NCBI GenBank assembly: GCA_963422565.1
Contig: OY730228.1
Coordinates: 2,889,492-2,953,491 of the forward strand
Source: Alphaproteobacteria bacterium
GTDB taxonomy: Bacteria > Pseudomonadota > Alphaproteobacteria > MPNO01
DNA length: 64,000 nt
Direction of reading: 5' to 3'
Shown: piece after piece, positions 51,327 to 60,457 of the stretch
Numbering within the stretch: the stretch's first letter is position 1
Layout: every line of letters begins with the position of its first letter
Notes under the pieces: generated by a model
The model's database searches: none
What the model was told of the DNA's origin: nothing
Seen by the model: the letters and a program-made list of their open reading frames with translations, nothing else
Made by a program: the position numbers and the translations under genes

Positions 51327-52331
51327 ATGTCACATCACGCATCCATCGACATCCACGCCCATTTCTACCCCGAAGCCTATATCCGGCTGATCGAGTCGCA
51401 GGGCTCGCGATTCGATGCCGGCTGCGAGACCATGGCTGAGGGGGTGCGGATCACGACCGGCCGGCTCTCCATCGGCCCCCTGCCGCGGCGGTTCACCGAT
51501 GTCGATCTGCGCGTTGCCGAAATGGACCAGATCGGGGTGGACATCCACGCTTTGTCCCTCACCACCCCGATGGTCGACTTCGCCGACGGCCCCTTCGCGC
51601 GCAAGCTGGCGGCGGCGTTCAACGACGGCTGCGCCGAGGCACACGAGGCGCATCCCGACCGCCTTGCGGGGCTGGCGGCGCTACCCTGGCATGCGCCCGA
51701 TCTCGCGGTCGAGGAACTGTCCCGCGCGGCGGGGCTTCCCGGTATCCGAGGGGTCTACGCGCCGACCCATGTGCTCGATCGCGAGCTGGGCGACGATGCG
51801 TTCCAGCCCGTCTACGAGATGATGGCGGATCTGGGCCTCGCCTTGTTCCTGCACCCGGTGCATGTCGTCGAGCCGGCCCGGCTCGCCCGCTACTATCTGA
51901 CCAACCTGATCGGAAACCCGACCGAATCGGGGATCGCCGCCGCCCATCTCATATTTTCCGGCACGCTGGACAGGTTCCCCGGGCTCGATGTCTGCCTGCC
52001 CCATGCCGGAGGGATCTTTCCCTACATCTCCGGCCGGCTCGATCACGGGAGCAGGGTCAGGCCGGAAATGGCGCATCGCGAACCCGGCGTGAGCCGGTAT
52101 ATCCGGCGGTTTCACTACGACACCGTGAGCCACTCCCCGGAGACGCTCGCCTTCCTCGTCGACCTCGTCGGCGCGGATCGAGTGATGTTGGGAAGCGATT
52201 ACTGTTTCGACATGGGTTACGAGCGTCCGGTCGAGGTGGTGACCGGCCATCCGGCGATCGACGAGGCGGCGGCGGCCCGTATCCTCGGCGGCAACGCGAA
52301 GACTTTGCTCAAGCTCGCCGAAGCGTCGTAG
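51327..52331 (+). CDS. amidohydrolase-2 family protein (ACMSD/LigW/gamma-resorcylate decarboxylase-like)
   Basis: ATG at 51327 gives MSHHASIDIHAHFYPEAYI...LFLHPVHV...CLPHAGGIFPYISGRLDHG...MLGSDYCFD, the metal-ligand motifs of ACMSD-type decarboxylases. Confidence 0.85.
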   Translation: MSHHASIDIHAHFYPEAYIRLIESQGSRFDAGCETMAEGVRITTGRLSIGPLPRRFTDVDLRVAEMDQIGVDIHALSLTTPMVDFADGPFARKLAAAFNDGCAEAHEAHPDRLAGLAALPWHAPDLAVEELSRAAGLPGIRGVYAPTHVLDRELGDDAFQPVYEMMADLGLALFLHPVHVVEPARLARYYLTNLIGNPTESGIAAAHLIFSGTLDRFPGLDVCLPHAGGIFPYISGRLDHGSRVRPEMAHREPGVSRYIRRFHYDTVSHSPETLAFLVDLVGADRVMLGSDYCFDMGYERPVEVVTGHPAIDEAAAARILGGNAKTLLKLAEAS

Positions 52332-52355
52332 GGCGCGCGCGGAGCCGGCGCGGCG

Positions 52356-52688
52356 TCAGCCGTCCATATGGTTCACGGTCTCCGCCGGGAGGCGGAGCAC
52401 GATGCCGTCCTCGGCCGCCGTGACCGCGATCTGGCAGCCGAGCCGGGAGGTCGGCGTCACCCCCCAGGCGAGGTCGAGCATGTCCTCCTCGTCCTCGGAT
52501 GGCGCGGGCAGACGGTCGAAGTCCTCTGCCGACAGGATCACATGGCAGGTCGAGCAGGCCATCGCGCCCTCGCAAGCGCCCTCGATCCCGATGTCGTTCT
52601 CCCATGCGATCTCGAGCACCGTCTTCCCCGGCGCGGCGTCGAGGACGCGCCGGGCGCCGTCGGGGAGGATGAAGGTGACGCGTGCCAA
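52356..52688 (-). CDS. fdx: [2Fe-2S] ferredoxin, adrenodoxin type
   Basis: A TTG start at 52688 is the probable initiation codon. The protein reads (M)ARVTFILPDGARRVLDAAPGKTVLEIAWENDIGIEGACEGAMACSTCHVILSAEDFDRLPAPSEDEEDMLDLAWGVTPTSRLGCQI, with the four Cys ligands. Confidence 0.85.
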   Translation of the reverse strand: MARVTFILPDGARRVLDAAPGKTVLEIAWENDIGIEGACEGAMACSTCHVILSAEDFDRLPAPSEDEEDMLDLAWGVTPTSRLGCQIAVTAAEDGIVLRLPAETVNHMDG

Positions 52689-52702
52689 GAGAGACGTCCG
52701 GC

Positions 52703-53818
52703 TCAGGCCGCGCGGGCCTGCGCCCGGTTCCAGAGCGCCGCCCAGGCCGCGGCATAGCGGGCGGTCTCGTCCTCGCGGCTGTGCCAGCCGAGGCTCACCC
52801 GGACCGCCGCCCGGGCCTCGGCCTCCGGCGCTCCCATGGCTTCGAGCACATGGGGCAAGTCGGCCCTGCCCGAGGCGCAGGCCGACCCGGCGCTGATCGC
52901 GATTCCTTCCAGGTCCATCGCGATGACCTGGAGGTCGCGTGCGACCCCGGGCATCGCGTGTTTGGAGGTGTTGGGCAGACGGGGTGCGGCGGCGCCGAAC
53001 ACGGTCGTGCCGGGGGCGATCGCCGCGAGCCGCGCTTCGAGCGCGTCGCGCAGCCGGGCGAGGCGGCGGAAGTCGTCGAGCTTGGTGGCGGCGATGCCGG
53101 ATGCGGCGCCGAAACCGGCAATCCCGGCGACATTCTCGGTCCCGGCGCGCAGGCGGCGTTCCTGCGAGCCTCCGTGGATGAAGCGGCCGACTCCACCCGG
53201 GTCGCGGATGACGAGCGCCCCCACGCCTTGTGGGCCGCCGATCTTGTGGGCCGACAGGGCGTAGCTGTCGGCGCCGAGGGCGGCGACATCGACGGGGATC
53301 TTGCCGGCGGCTTGGATCGCGTCGCAGTGGAGCCGGCCGCCATGGGTACGGACCAGCCGGGCGATCTCCGCGACCGGCTGGATGACGCCGGTCTCGTTGT
53401 TGGCCAGCATGACCGAGACCAGCGCGGGCGCGGCCAGGGCGGCGAGCATGCGGTCCAGCGCGGCGAGATCGACGATGCCGTCGGGGCGGGCGGGAATCCA
53501 TTCGGCCCCGGAATCGGCCAGCAGAACCGATTCGTGCTCGATCGCGGAAACCAGGAGCGGGGTCCGCCCGCGCGCCCTGATCGCCTGGTTGTTGGCCTCG
53601 GTGCCGCCGCCGGTGAAGACGATCATGTCTGGGTCGGCGGCGACCAGACCGGCGACCGCCCGTCGCGCTTCCTCGATCCGCGCGCGGGCGGCGCGGCCTT
53701 CGGCGTGGACGGAGGACGCGTTTCCGGTCGCCGCGAGCGCCTCGGCGACGGTTTGGACGACCTCCGGCCAGACCGGCGCGGTGGCGTTGTAGTCGAGATA
53801 GATTCTGCCACTGTCCAT
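52703..53818 (-). CDS. cysteine desulfurase (NifS/IscS family)
   Basis: ATG at 53818..53816 gives MDSGRIYLDYNATAPVWPEVV...SAHKIGGPQGVGALVI...SAGSACAS, the PLP-lysine and active-site Cys motifs. Confidence 0.9.
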   Translation of the reverse strand: MDSGRIYLDYNATAPVWPEVVQTVAEALAATGNASSVHAEGRAARARIEEARRAVAGLVAADPDMIVFTGGGTEANNQAIRARGRTPLLVSAIEHESVLLADSGAEWIPARPDGIVDLAALDRMLAALAAPALVSVMLANNETGVIQPVAEIARLVRTHGGRLHCDAIQAAGKIPVDVAALGADSYALSAHKIGGPQGVGALVIRDPGGVGRFIHGGSQERRLRAGTENVAGIAGFGAASGIAATKLDDFRRLARLRDALEARLAAIAPGTTVFGAAAPRLPNTSKHAMPGVARDLQVIAMDLEGIAISAGSACASGRADLPHVLEAMGAPEAEARAAVRVSLGWHSREDETARYAAAWAALWNRAQARAA

Positions 53819-54037
53819 GGGCGTCGCGCATCCTTGCGGGTCGTTGCGGCCGGGCCGCACGGATCGTTCGCGACCTTGAACCGACATCCCGCGGTCATGA
53901 TATAAGGTGGCCCAACGGCGCGGCGGCCGCGTCCGGGCCGCATTTCCAGCGGCCGGGGCGGGACTCTAGGGTCGCGGAGCGGGCTGTCAACGCCCCGAGA
54001 TGCCGCGCGGACCACGGCGAGGAGGATTCGAGCGGCA

Positions 54038-54712
54038 ATGTCCGAGGTCATATTCAACGGTCCGGAGGGACGGTTGGAAGGCCGCTATCGCCACGGCGGA
54101 GCGCCCGGAGTTCCGATCGCGGTCGTGCTTCATCCGCACCCGCAATTCGGCGGGACGATGAACAACAAGGTCGTCTTCCAGATATATCGAGCGTTCATGC
54201 GGCGCGGCTTCTCGACGTTGCGGTTCAATTTCCGCGGTGTCGGCCGGTCGCAGGGTGCGCGCTGCGTCTACGGCGAAGACGACGGCGTCGGCGAGCTGAG
54301 CGACGCTGCGGCCGCGCTCGACTGGCTGCAGTCCTGCAACCCCGACGCGCCCCAATGCTGGGTCGGGGGTTTCTCGTTCGGGGCGTGGATCGGCATGCAG
54401 CTCCTGATGCGTCGGCCGGAGATCACGAGCTTCATCTCGGTCGCGCCGCCGGCCGACAGGTACGACTTCACCTTTCTCGCCCCTTGTCCGTCGTCGGGGC
54501 TCTTCGTCCACGGCGACGCCGACGATGTGGTGCCGCTCGAGTCCGTCTCGGCGCTCGCCGAGAAGCTCTCGGCCCAGCGCGGGGTCGCCATCGACTACCG
54601 GGTGATCCGGGGAGCCAATCACTTCTTCAACCAGCATCTGGAGGCGCTGACGGAGGAGATCGAGCACCATCTCGACGGGAGTTACGGCACGGCGGAAGAT
54701 GCCGCGAGCTAG
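54038..54712 (+). CDS. alpha/beta-fold hydrolase
   Basis: The 224-aa ORF has VVLHPHPQFGGTMNNKV...GFSFGAWIG (a GxSxG-like nucleophile elbow)...VHGDADDVVPL. Confidence 0.8.
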   Translation: MSEVIFNGPEGRLEGRYRHGGAPGVPIAVVLHPHPQFGGTMNNKVVFQIYRAFMRRGFSTLRFNFRGVGRSQGARCVYGEDDGVGELSDAAAALDWLQSCNPDAPQCWVGGFSFGAWIGMQLLMRRPEITSFISVAPPADRYDFTFLAPCPSSGLFVHGDADDVVPLESVSALAEKLSAQRGVAIDYRVIRGANHFFNQHLEALTEEIEHHLDGSYGTAEDAAS

Positions 54713-54719
54713 GGCGTGT

Positions 54720-54845
54720 TCACACTAACGCAGTGCCTCGACGATGAGCGCGAAGGTGATGAAGCCGAGGAAGATGACGTCGAGCTTGTCGTAGCGTGTG
54801 AAGTGAGGTGGGCTCGCCTTTTCGGACAGCCTGGCGGCGATCTTG
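54720..54845 (-). mobile_element. IS5-family transposase C-terminal fragment (orfB end)
   Basis: The minus-strand translation ends ...HFKIAARLSEKASPPHFTRYDKLDVIFLGFITFALIVEALR*, which matches the conserved ...RIATRYDKLxxNFLxFIxLAxIxxWL terminus of IS5 (IS427-group) transposases. Confidence 0.55.
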
Positions 54846-55251
54846 AAGTGTATCTTGGTTGAAGTTCAGGCCGCCATCCAGCGCACCATCGCGGACGAGC
54901 AGGTGGCCGAAGTGATCGAGCGGACGCTGGAGACGACACCGGCGGACGCCACCCACCGGTCGCTGCGCTCGATGGCGAAGGAGGCGGGGTTGTCGCATAG
55001 CTCGATCTGGCGCATCCGGGGTGCGTTCGGCCTGCAGCCGAACCGGTCGGAGACCTTCAAGCTCTCCAGCGATCCCGCACTTCGTGGACAAGGTCCGCGA
55101 CATCATCGGCCTCTATCTGTCGCCTCCCGACCGCGCGTTGGTGCTCTGTGTCGACGAGAAGAGCCGGATCCAGGCCCTCGACCGCACCCGGCCGGTCTCC
55201 CCGACTGGCCGCCCGCCCCGTGGCGCGATGCCGAGGTCGAGGGCGAGGTGA
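54843..55251 (+). mobile_element. IS630-family transposase fragment (frameshifted and truncated)
   Basis: One frame gives ...[41 protein letters not shown]. The next frame gives [40 protein letters not shown], the hallmark IS630 motif. The frame ends before the DDE region. Confidence 0.75.
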
Positions 55252-55309
55252 TCTGGACCGCCTGCACCCTCACCCTCACATCCAGCATACCCACCGGAGG
55301 AGACCTTCA

Positions 55310-55483
55310 ATGAGCTTTGCCGAGAAGTTTGGCCACTTCCTGCTGTTCCTCATACTGACGATCATCACCCTGTTCATCTATCCGATCTACTTCATGGTCA
55401 CCACGATCAGAGAGCAGAACCTGCTGTTGGCCGAAATTCGGGATTCCCTCAAGGCCCGACCGCCTTCGGCGCCAGATCGCTAA
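55310..55483 (+). CDS. 57-aa small membrane protein (hypothetical), nested among IS fragments
   Basis: GGAGGAG lies 9 nt upstream of the ATG. The protein is MSFAEKFGHFLLFLILTIITLFIYPIYFMVTTIREQNLLLAEIRDSLKARPPSAPDR, a single TM helix. GC is lower than the host average. Confidence 0.4.
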   Translation: MSFAEKFGHFLLFLILTIITLFIYPIYFMVTTIREQNLLLAEIRDSLKARPPSAPDR

Positions 55484-55591
55484 CGATGTATGGAACACGA
55501 TCGAGATTCGCGCGTGGAACCGCGCCTGCCGATGGCGGTCCTCCCGCTCGTGGTCCTGGTCCTCGCCACTTCTCCGGACTTGGGAGATCGG

Positions 55592-55846
55592 CTACCGCAT
55601 CCTGTGCAAGCGCGAACGCGCTGAATGGGCAAAGGGGGCGACCGGCAGCAGTCGCCACGGGCAGCCCGAGCGCAAGATGTACAGAACCGCGTTCACTACG
55701 TCCCGCAAGTCTGTCGTCCGCGGTCGGCCCAGAGCTTGCGCCGCCGGCATATGGGGTTCGATCGACTTCCACTCATCGTCGGTAAGATCGCTCGCATAGC
55801 GCAACTTCTCGCGGTCATACTTCGGTCGAGTGATTTCGGTCCACAT
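55592..55846 (-). mobile_element. IS5-family (IS427-group) transposase orfA fragment
   Basis: The fragment reads [68 protein letters not shown]..., the canonical orfA N-terminus of IS427-group elements. The tail is diverged and no intact orfB follows. Confidence 0.75.
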
Positions 55847-56236
55847 GTTGTGCCTCCGTGCTCGTCCAACACAAGCAAGTGAAGCACAACATACTGAGAT
55901 CACTCAATTCATTTCGGGCCAGACACTCAGTCATTAGCTATCCCGACAGGAATCGAAGCTCCATGAAGGGAGTGTACGGCCGGAACCTCGCAAAATGGGA
56001 GAATTGTCGTCTGATGATCTGTCAGGCCAACCTCAGCTTGACGAAGCGGCACCTCGCGGGTCCGCGAGAAGCGCACCGTCATGCAGTCTTCGACCTCCTC
56101 GATCTCGGGGCGAGGCAGCCTCGTGGAGGCACGACCGTTCCGCCATGGTGACCGTTCCACGGCTCCCGTCAAATCGCCTCTTGGTTTGCGGTACCGTATG
56201 AATTATCTCACCTCTGGTTTACTTGGAGGCCTCGCG

Positions 56237-56512
56237 ATGCCGGCAACTGAACGGCTCACCACCACGATCTTGACCAAGGGCCAGGTGGTTCTGCCCAGAG
56301 CGATCCGTCGAACGCTGCGCTGGGAGTCGGGAATGCGGCTGGCGGTGGAGAACACGCCCGAGGGCGTGCTGCTGAAACCCGCGCGCGTGTTTGCCGAGAC
56401 CCGGCCCGAGGATGTATTCGGCTGCCTTGCCTGCGATGGCCCACCCAGATTCATGGCGGAGATGGAGGCGGGGGTCCTGGCGGAGGCGAAGCGGCGCCAT
56501 GCGGGCGGTTGA
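56237..56512 (+). CDS. vapB: AbrB/MazE/SpoVT-family antitoxin (VapB-like)
   Basis: GGAGG lies 8 nt upstream. The protein reads MPATERLTTTILTKGQVVLPRAIRRTLRWESGMRLAVENTPEGVLLKPA..., a swapped-hairpin DNA-binding domain. It overlaps the downstream PIN gene by 14 nt. Confidence 0.8.
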   Translation: MPATERLTTTILTKGQVVLPRAIRRTLRWESGMRLAVENTPEGVLLKPARVFAETRPEDVFGCLACDGPPRFMAEMEAGVLAEAKRRHAGG

Positions 56513-56884
56513 TACCAATGTCGTTGTTCGATACCTGACCGGCGACGAGCCGGTGCAGGCCGCCAAGGCCAGAGCCGTGATCGAGGCCGGGCATGTCTTC
56601 GTCGGCACCACGGTTCTGCTGGAAAGCGAACGGGTGCTGCGTAGCGTCTACGGTTTCGGCGGAATCGAGGTTGCGGCGGCGCTTCGCGCCTTCGCAGGAC
56701 TGCCCGGCGTCTTGGTGGAGAGCCCTGCCGTACTCGCCGACGCACTCGACTGGCCGACGAGGGCATGGACTTCGCCGACGCACTCCATCTCGGCGCTGCC
56801 GGACGTCGCGAGGCCATGCTGACCTTCGACCGCCGGTTTATCGAGACTGCCAAGGATCTTCCTGTCGGGGTGACCGCAGCTTGA
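56499..56884 (+). CDS. vapC: PIN-domain toxin VapC, interrupted by a 1-nt frameshift near 56752-56758
   Basis: Frame A gives MRAVDTNVVVRYLTGDEPVQAAKARAVIEAGHVFVGTTVLLESERVLRSVYGF...VLADALDW. The protein continues in another frame as ...DEGMDFADALHLGAAGRREAMLTFDRRFIETAKDLPVGVTAA*. The junction is gactgg|ccgac and is restored by adding one G to make TGG GCC GAC. Confidence 0.7.
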
Positions 56885-57102
56885 TGTCCGCGTCGATCGC
56901 AGCGGAACGGGAGCGAAGCTCGATAGGCAGGACCTGCGGTAGCTGTTCGCCCGGTCCTTCGGTAATGACGCAAGGATTGCCGTCTGTCGGCGCCGAAATC
57001 TCCGTTCTCTCGACGCGGAAAGACGATCCCGATGGCCTCTCCCCTCCCACCCATGCGCCAAACAACCCGTATGACCGGAAACCAGGCTTGTTCGGACCGT
57101 CC

Positions 57103-58256
57103 CTAGGATCCGTCGCCGGGGCGGTTCGCGGAGGTTTCCGGAGATCCGGTTCCGGTAGTAGATCGCCCGGGCGACGGGCGGAGCGCGCATCGGGGCCGGA
57201 ACAGCCGCCCGCCGGTGATCGGCCGGGCGACGCCCGTCGTCGTCGGCAGGCTCAACGGCAGGCCGCGCAGGCTCCGTACCGCGAGGAAGGCGAAGGCCTG
57301 CGCCTCGAGCGCGTCGCCCGCCCAGCCCTCGCGCTCGACCGGTAGGCAGGGAACGCCGAGGACGCGGCGCAGCCGGGACATGATCGCCGGGTTGCGTCGC
57401 CCGCCGCCGGTTGCCAGCCACAGCCTGGGCGGCGCCGGCAGGCAGGCGGCCGACCGCCGGATCGCCTGGACCGTCACCTCGACCAGCGTGGCGGCCCCGT
57501 CGGCGAGCGCCATGTCGCCGAGCGGATCGAGGTCGAACGCCAACCGATCCAGCGACTTCGGCGGGAGGCGGGCGAAATAGGGGGCGGCGAGATAGCGCGC
57601 CACCGCCGCCGGGTCCGCCGCACCTGCGGCGGCGATCCGCCCGTCCTCGTCGAACGGGCGGCCGGTCCGATCCTCGACCCAGCGGTCGATCAGCGCGTTG
57701 CCGGGGCCGGTGTCGAAGGCGATCGGCGGCGCGCCGGCGCGGATCCAGGTCAGGTTGGCGATTCCGCCGATATTGAGCAGGGCGACCGGGCCCTTCAGCC
57801 GCGCGGCGAGCGCCTGATGATAGAGGGGCGCGAGCGGCGCGCCCTCGCCGCCGGCAGCGACATCGGCGCTCCGGAAATCGCAGACCACCGGGATGCCGAG
57901 CTCCTCCGCGAGGAGCGCGCCGTCGCCGATCTGGAGCGTCCGCCCGGCCCGCGGGCGTGATCGATCGTATGGCCGTGGAAGCCGACCAGACCGACGCCCG
58001 GATGGCCGGCGACGAGGCGGTGGGCGGCCCCCGCGTGGAGCCGGGTGAGCTCCGCCTCCACTGCCTCGTAGCCGGTCGTCCTGCCCAGCGTCGCCGCGAG
58101 CCTACGGCGAAACGACGCCGGGTAGGGGACCGTCATATGGGGTCCGAACGCTGCGACGGTCTCTCCGTCCGTCCGAATCAGCGCCGCGTCGATGCCGTCG
58201 AGCGAGGTTCCGCTCATCAGGCCGAGCGCCCAGAGGGCGGCCGGGCCGCCCGCCAT
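57103..58256 (-). CDS. anmK: anhydro-N-acetylmuramic acid kinase, interrupted by a 1-nt frameshift near 57940-57950
   Basis: The N-terminal frame, with ATG at 58256, gives MAGGPAALWALGLMSGTSLDGIDAALIRTDGE...GFHGHTIDHARGPG. The C-terminal frame gives ...RTLQIGDGALLAEELGIPVVCDFRSADVAAGGEGAPLAPLYHQALA... The minus-strand junction gggccggg|cggacg is restored by adding one G. The start overlaps the upstream deacetylase stop as TGATG. Confidence 0.8.
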
Positions 58257-59125
58257 CAGATATGCGGTCCGGTCGCGAGATAGTGGTCGATGATCTCGGA
58301 TCCGGTTGCCCGCCAGACGCCTTCATGCGCGCAGATATGGTCGAGAACCGAATCCAGAGCGTGGATCCGATGGGGGACCCCGATCACGAAGGGGTGGAGG
58401 CAGATCGCCATCACCCGGCCGGACTCCGCGCCCTCGCGGTAGAGCGTGTCGAACTGGCGGCGAGCCATCGCCGCGAACTCCTCGGAGCTTCGGCCCATTC
58501 TCAGAATCTGGGGTAGGTCGTTGATCTCGCCCGAATAGGGGATCGAGCAGATGCGTCTGTCGCCCACCTCCATCGCGTAGGGCTGATCGTCGTTGATCCA
58601 GTCGGCGACATAGTCCGCCCCCGCGTCGATCAGATTCTCCAGCGTCTGCCGGCTCTCCTGGAGGCCCGATGACAGCCAGCCGCGCGGCCGCGTCCCCGTC
58701 GCCGCCTCGATACGGTCGAAGACGCGCATCACCGCCGCCCGCTCCTCCTCCGGGGTCATCAGATGGAGATAGCGGCTGTTGCTCTCGTTATGGCCCATGA
58801 ACTCCCAGCCCAGCGCCCTGGCGTCCTCGACGATCTGCGGATAGTCGTCGCAGACCTCGCTGTTGAGGGCCGCGGTGCCGCGCACGCCGTGCCTGGCCAT
58901 CACCTCCATGATCCGGAAGATGCCGACCCGCGCCCCGTAGTCCCGCGCCGCCCAGTTGATGATGTCGTGCGGCTTGCCGGTACCGCCGGGAACCGGCTCG
59001 TCGAGCGGGAAGACCTCGATATTGGGGATCACCCAGAGGGCGAGGCGCGCGCCGCCTGGCCATTCCAGCCTGGGCCGTCGGTTGATGGGCACATAGGGGA
59101 AGGGGCCGTAGCGCCGCGGTTCCAT
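58256..59125 (-). CDS. polysaccharide deacetylase family protein (PuuE/allantoinase-like)
   Basis: The 289-aa ORF has EWPGGARLALWVIPNIEVF...HGVRGTAALNSEVCDDYPQIVEDARALGWEFMGH, the NodB-fold family. Confidence 0.8.
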   Translation of the reverse strand: MEPRRYGPFPYVPINRRPRLEWPGGARLALWVIPNIEVFPLDEPVPGGTGKPHDIINWAARDYGARVGIFRIMEVMARHGVRGTAALNSEVCDDYPQIVEDARALGWEFMGHNESNSRYLHLMTPEEERAAVMRVFDRIEAATGTRPRGWLSSGLQESRQTLENLIDAGADYVADWINDDQPYAMEVGDRRICSIPYSGEINDLPQILRMGRSSEEFAAMARRQFDTLYREGAESGRVMAICLHPFVIGVPHRIHALDSVLDHICAHEGVWRATGSEIIDHYLATGPHI

Positions 59126-59182
59126 CGCCTGTCTCCGTCTGCGGATCGGTCGGACTCGGCCGCCATGCTATAAGAGCCCGCC

Positions 59183-60439
59183 ATGACCGAATATCGTTCC
59201 GGCTTCCTGCGCGCCGTCGCCGGGCGCGGCTTCGTCCATCAATGCACCGATGCCGCCGCGCTCGACGCGCTGCTCGCCGAAGGGCCTCCGAGGGTCTGCT
59301 ATATCGGGTTCGACTGCACGGCCGACAGCCTGCATGTCGGATCGTTGGTGCCGATCATGCTGCTGCGCTGGTGGCAGGAAGCCGGCCACAAGCCGATCGT
59401 GCTCATGGGTGGCGGAACGACCAAGGTCGGGGATCCGTCCGGTCGGGACGAGACCCGACGCCTGCTCGACGGCGCGCAGATCGCGGCCAACATGGCCGGG
59501 ATCAAGAAGGTCTTCTCGCAGTTCCTGACCTTCGGCGACGGCCCCGCGGACGCGGTGATGATCGACAATGCCGACTGGCTCGACGGGCTCGCCTACATAC
59601 CCTTCCTGCGCGAATACGGGAGCCATTTCTCGGTCAACCGGATGCTCGGCTTCGATTCGGTCAAGCTGCGGCTCGACCGCGCGCAGCCGCTGACCTTCCT
59701 GGAGTTCAACTACATGGTGCTCCAGGCCTACGACTTCCTCGAGCTCCACCGTCGCACGGGCTGTCTGGTCCAGATGGGTGGCTCCGACCAGTGGGGCAAC
59801 ATCGTCTCCGGGATCGAGCTCGGCCGCCGTCTGGAGGGCGCGCGGCTCCTCGGGCTGACGACGCCGCTCATCACGACCGCATCCGGCGCGAAGATGGGCA
59901 AGACCGCCGCCGGCGCGGTGTGGCTTAACGCCGAGCGCGTTTCTCCCTACGACTACTACCAGTTCTGGCGCAACGCGGCCGACGCCGACGTGGGTCGTTT
60001 CCTGCGTCTGTTCACGATGCTGCCAGAGGGCCGGATCGCCGCCCTCGAGGCGCTGAAGGAGGCGGAGCTGAACGAGGCGAAAAAGGCGCTCGCCCATGCC
60101 TGCACCGCGCTCTGTCACGGCGCCGAGGTGGCGGACGCGGCGGCGGAAACCGCGGCGGCGACGTTCGAGGCCGGGGCGCTCGGGCGCGGCCTGCCGCGCA
60201 TCGCGCTTCCCCGCGCCGAACTCGAAGCCGGCATCCCGGCGTTCGAGCTGTTGTGCCGCGCCGATCTTGCCCGGTCGCGGAGCGACGCGCGCCGGCTGAT
60301 CCGCGGCGGCGGCGGGCGGCTCAACGATCGCGCGATCGCGAGCGAGACCCGGACGGTAACCCTGGGCGACCTCTCCGCCGACGGGGTCATCAAGCTCTCG
60401 GCCGGGCGCAAGAAGCATGTCGTCGTCGAGCCGCGCTGA
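59183..60439 (+). CDS. tyrS: tyrosine--tRNA ligase
   Basis: The sequence has [51 protein letters not shown] (HIGH region) and KMGKT (KMSKS variant). It is divergent from anmK, a conserved arrangement. Confidence 0.96.
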   Translation: MTEYRSGFLRAVAGRGFVHQCTDAAALDALLAEGPPRVCYIGFDCTADSLHVGSLVPIMLLRWWQEAGHKPIVLMGGGTTKVGDPSGRDETRRLLDGAQIAANMAGIKKVFSQFLTFGDGPADAVMIDNADWLDGLAYIPFLREYGSHFSVNRMLGFDSVKLRLDRAQPLTFLEFNYMVLQAYDFLELHRRTGCLVQMGGSDQWGNIVSGIELGRRLEGARLLGLTTPLITTASGAKMGKTAAGAVWLNAERVSPYDYYQFWRNAADADVGRFLRLFTMLPEGRIAALEALKEAELNEAKKALAHACTALCHGAEVADAAAETAAATFEAGALGRGLPRIALPRAELEAGIPAFELLCRADLARSRSDARRLIRGGGGRLNDRAIASETRTVTLGDLSADGVIKLSAGRKKHVVVEPR

Positions 60440-60457
60440 AGCGGTCGGTGCCGCCGG

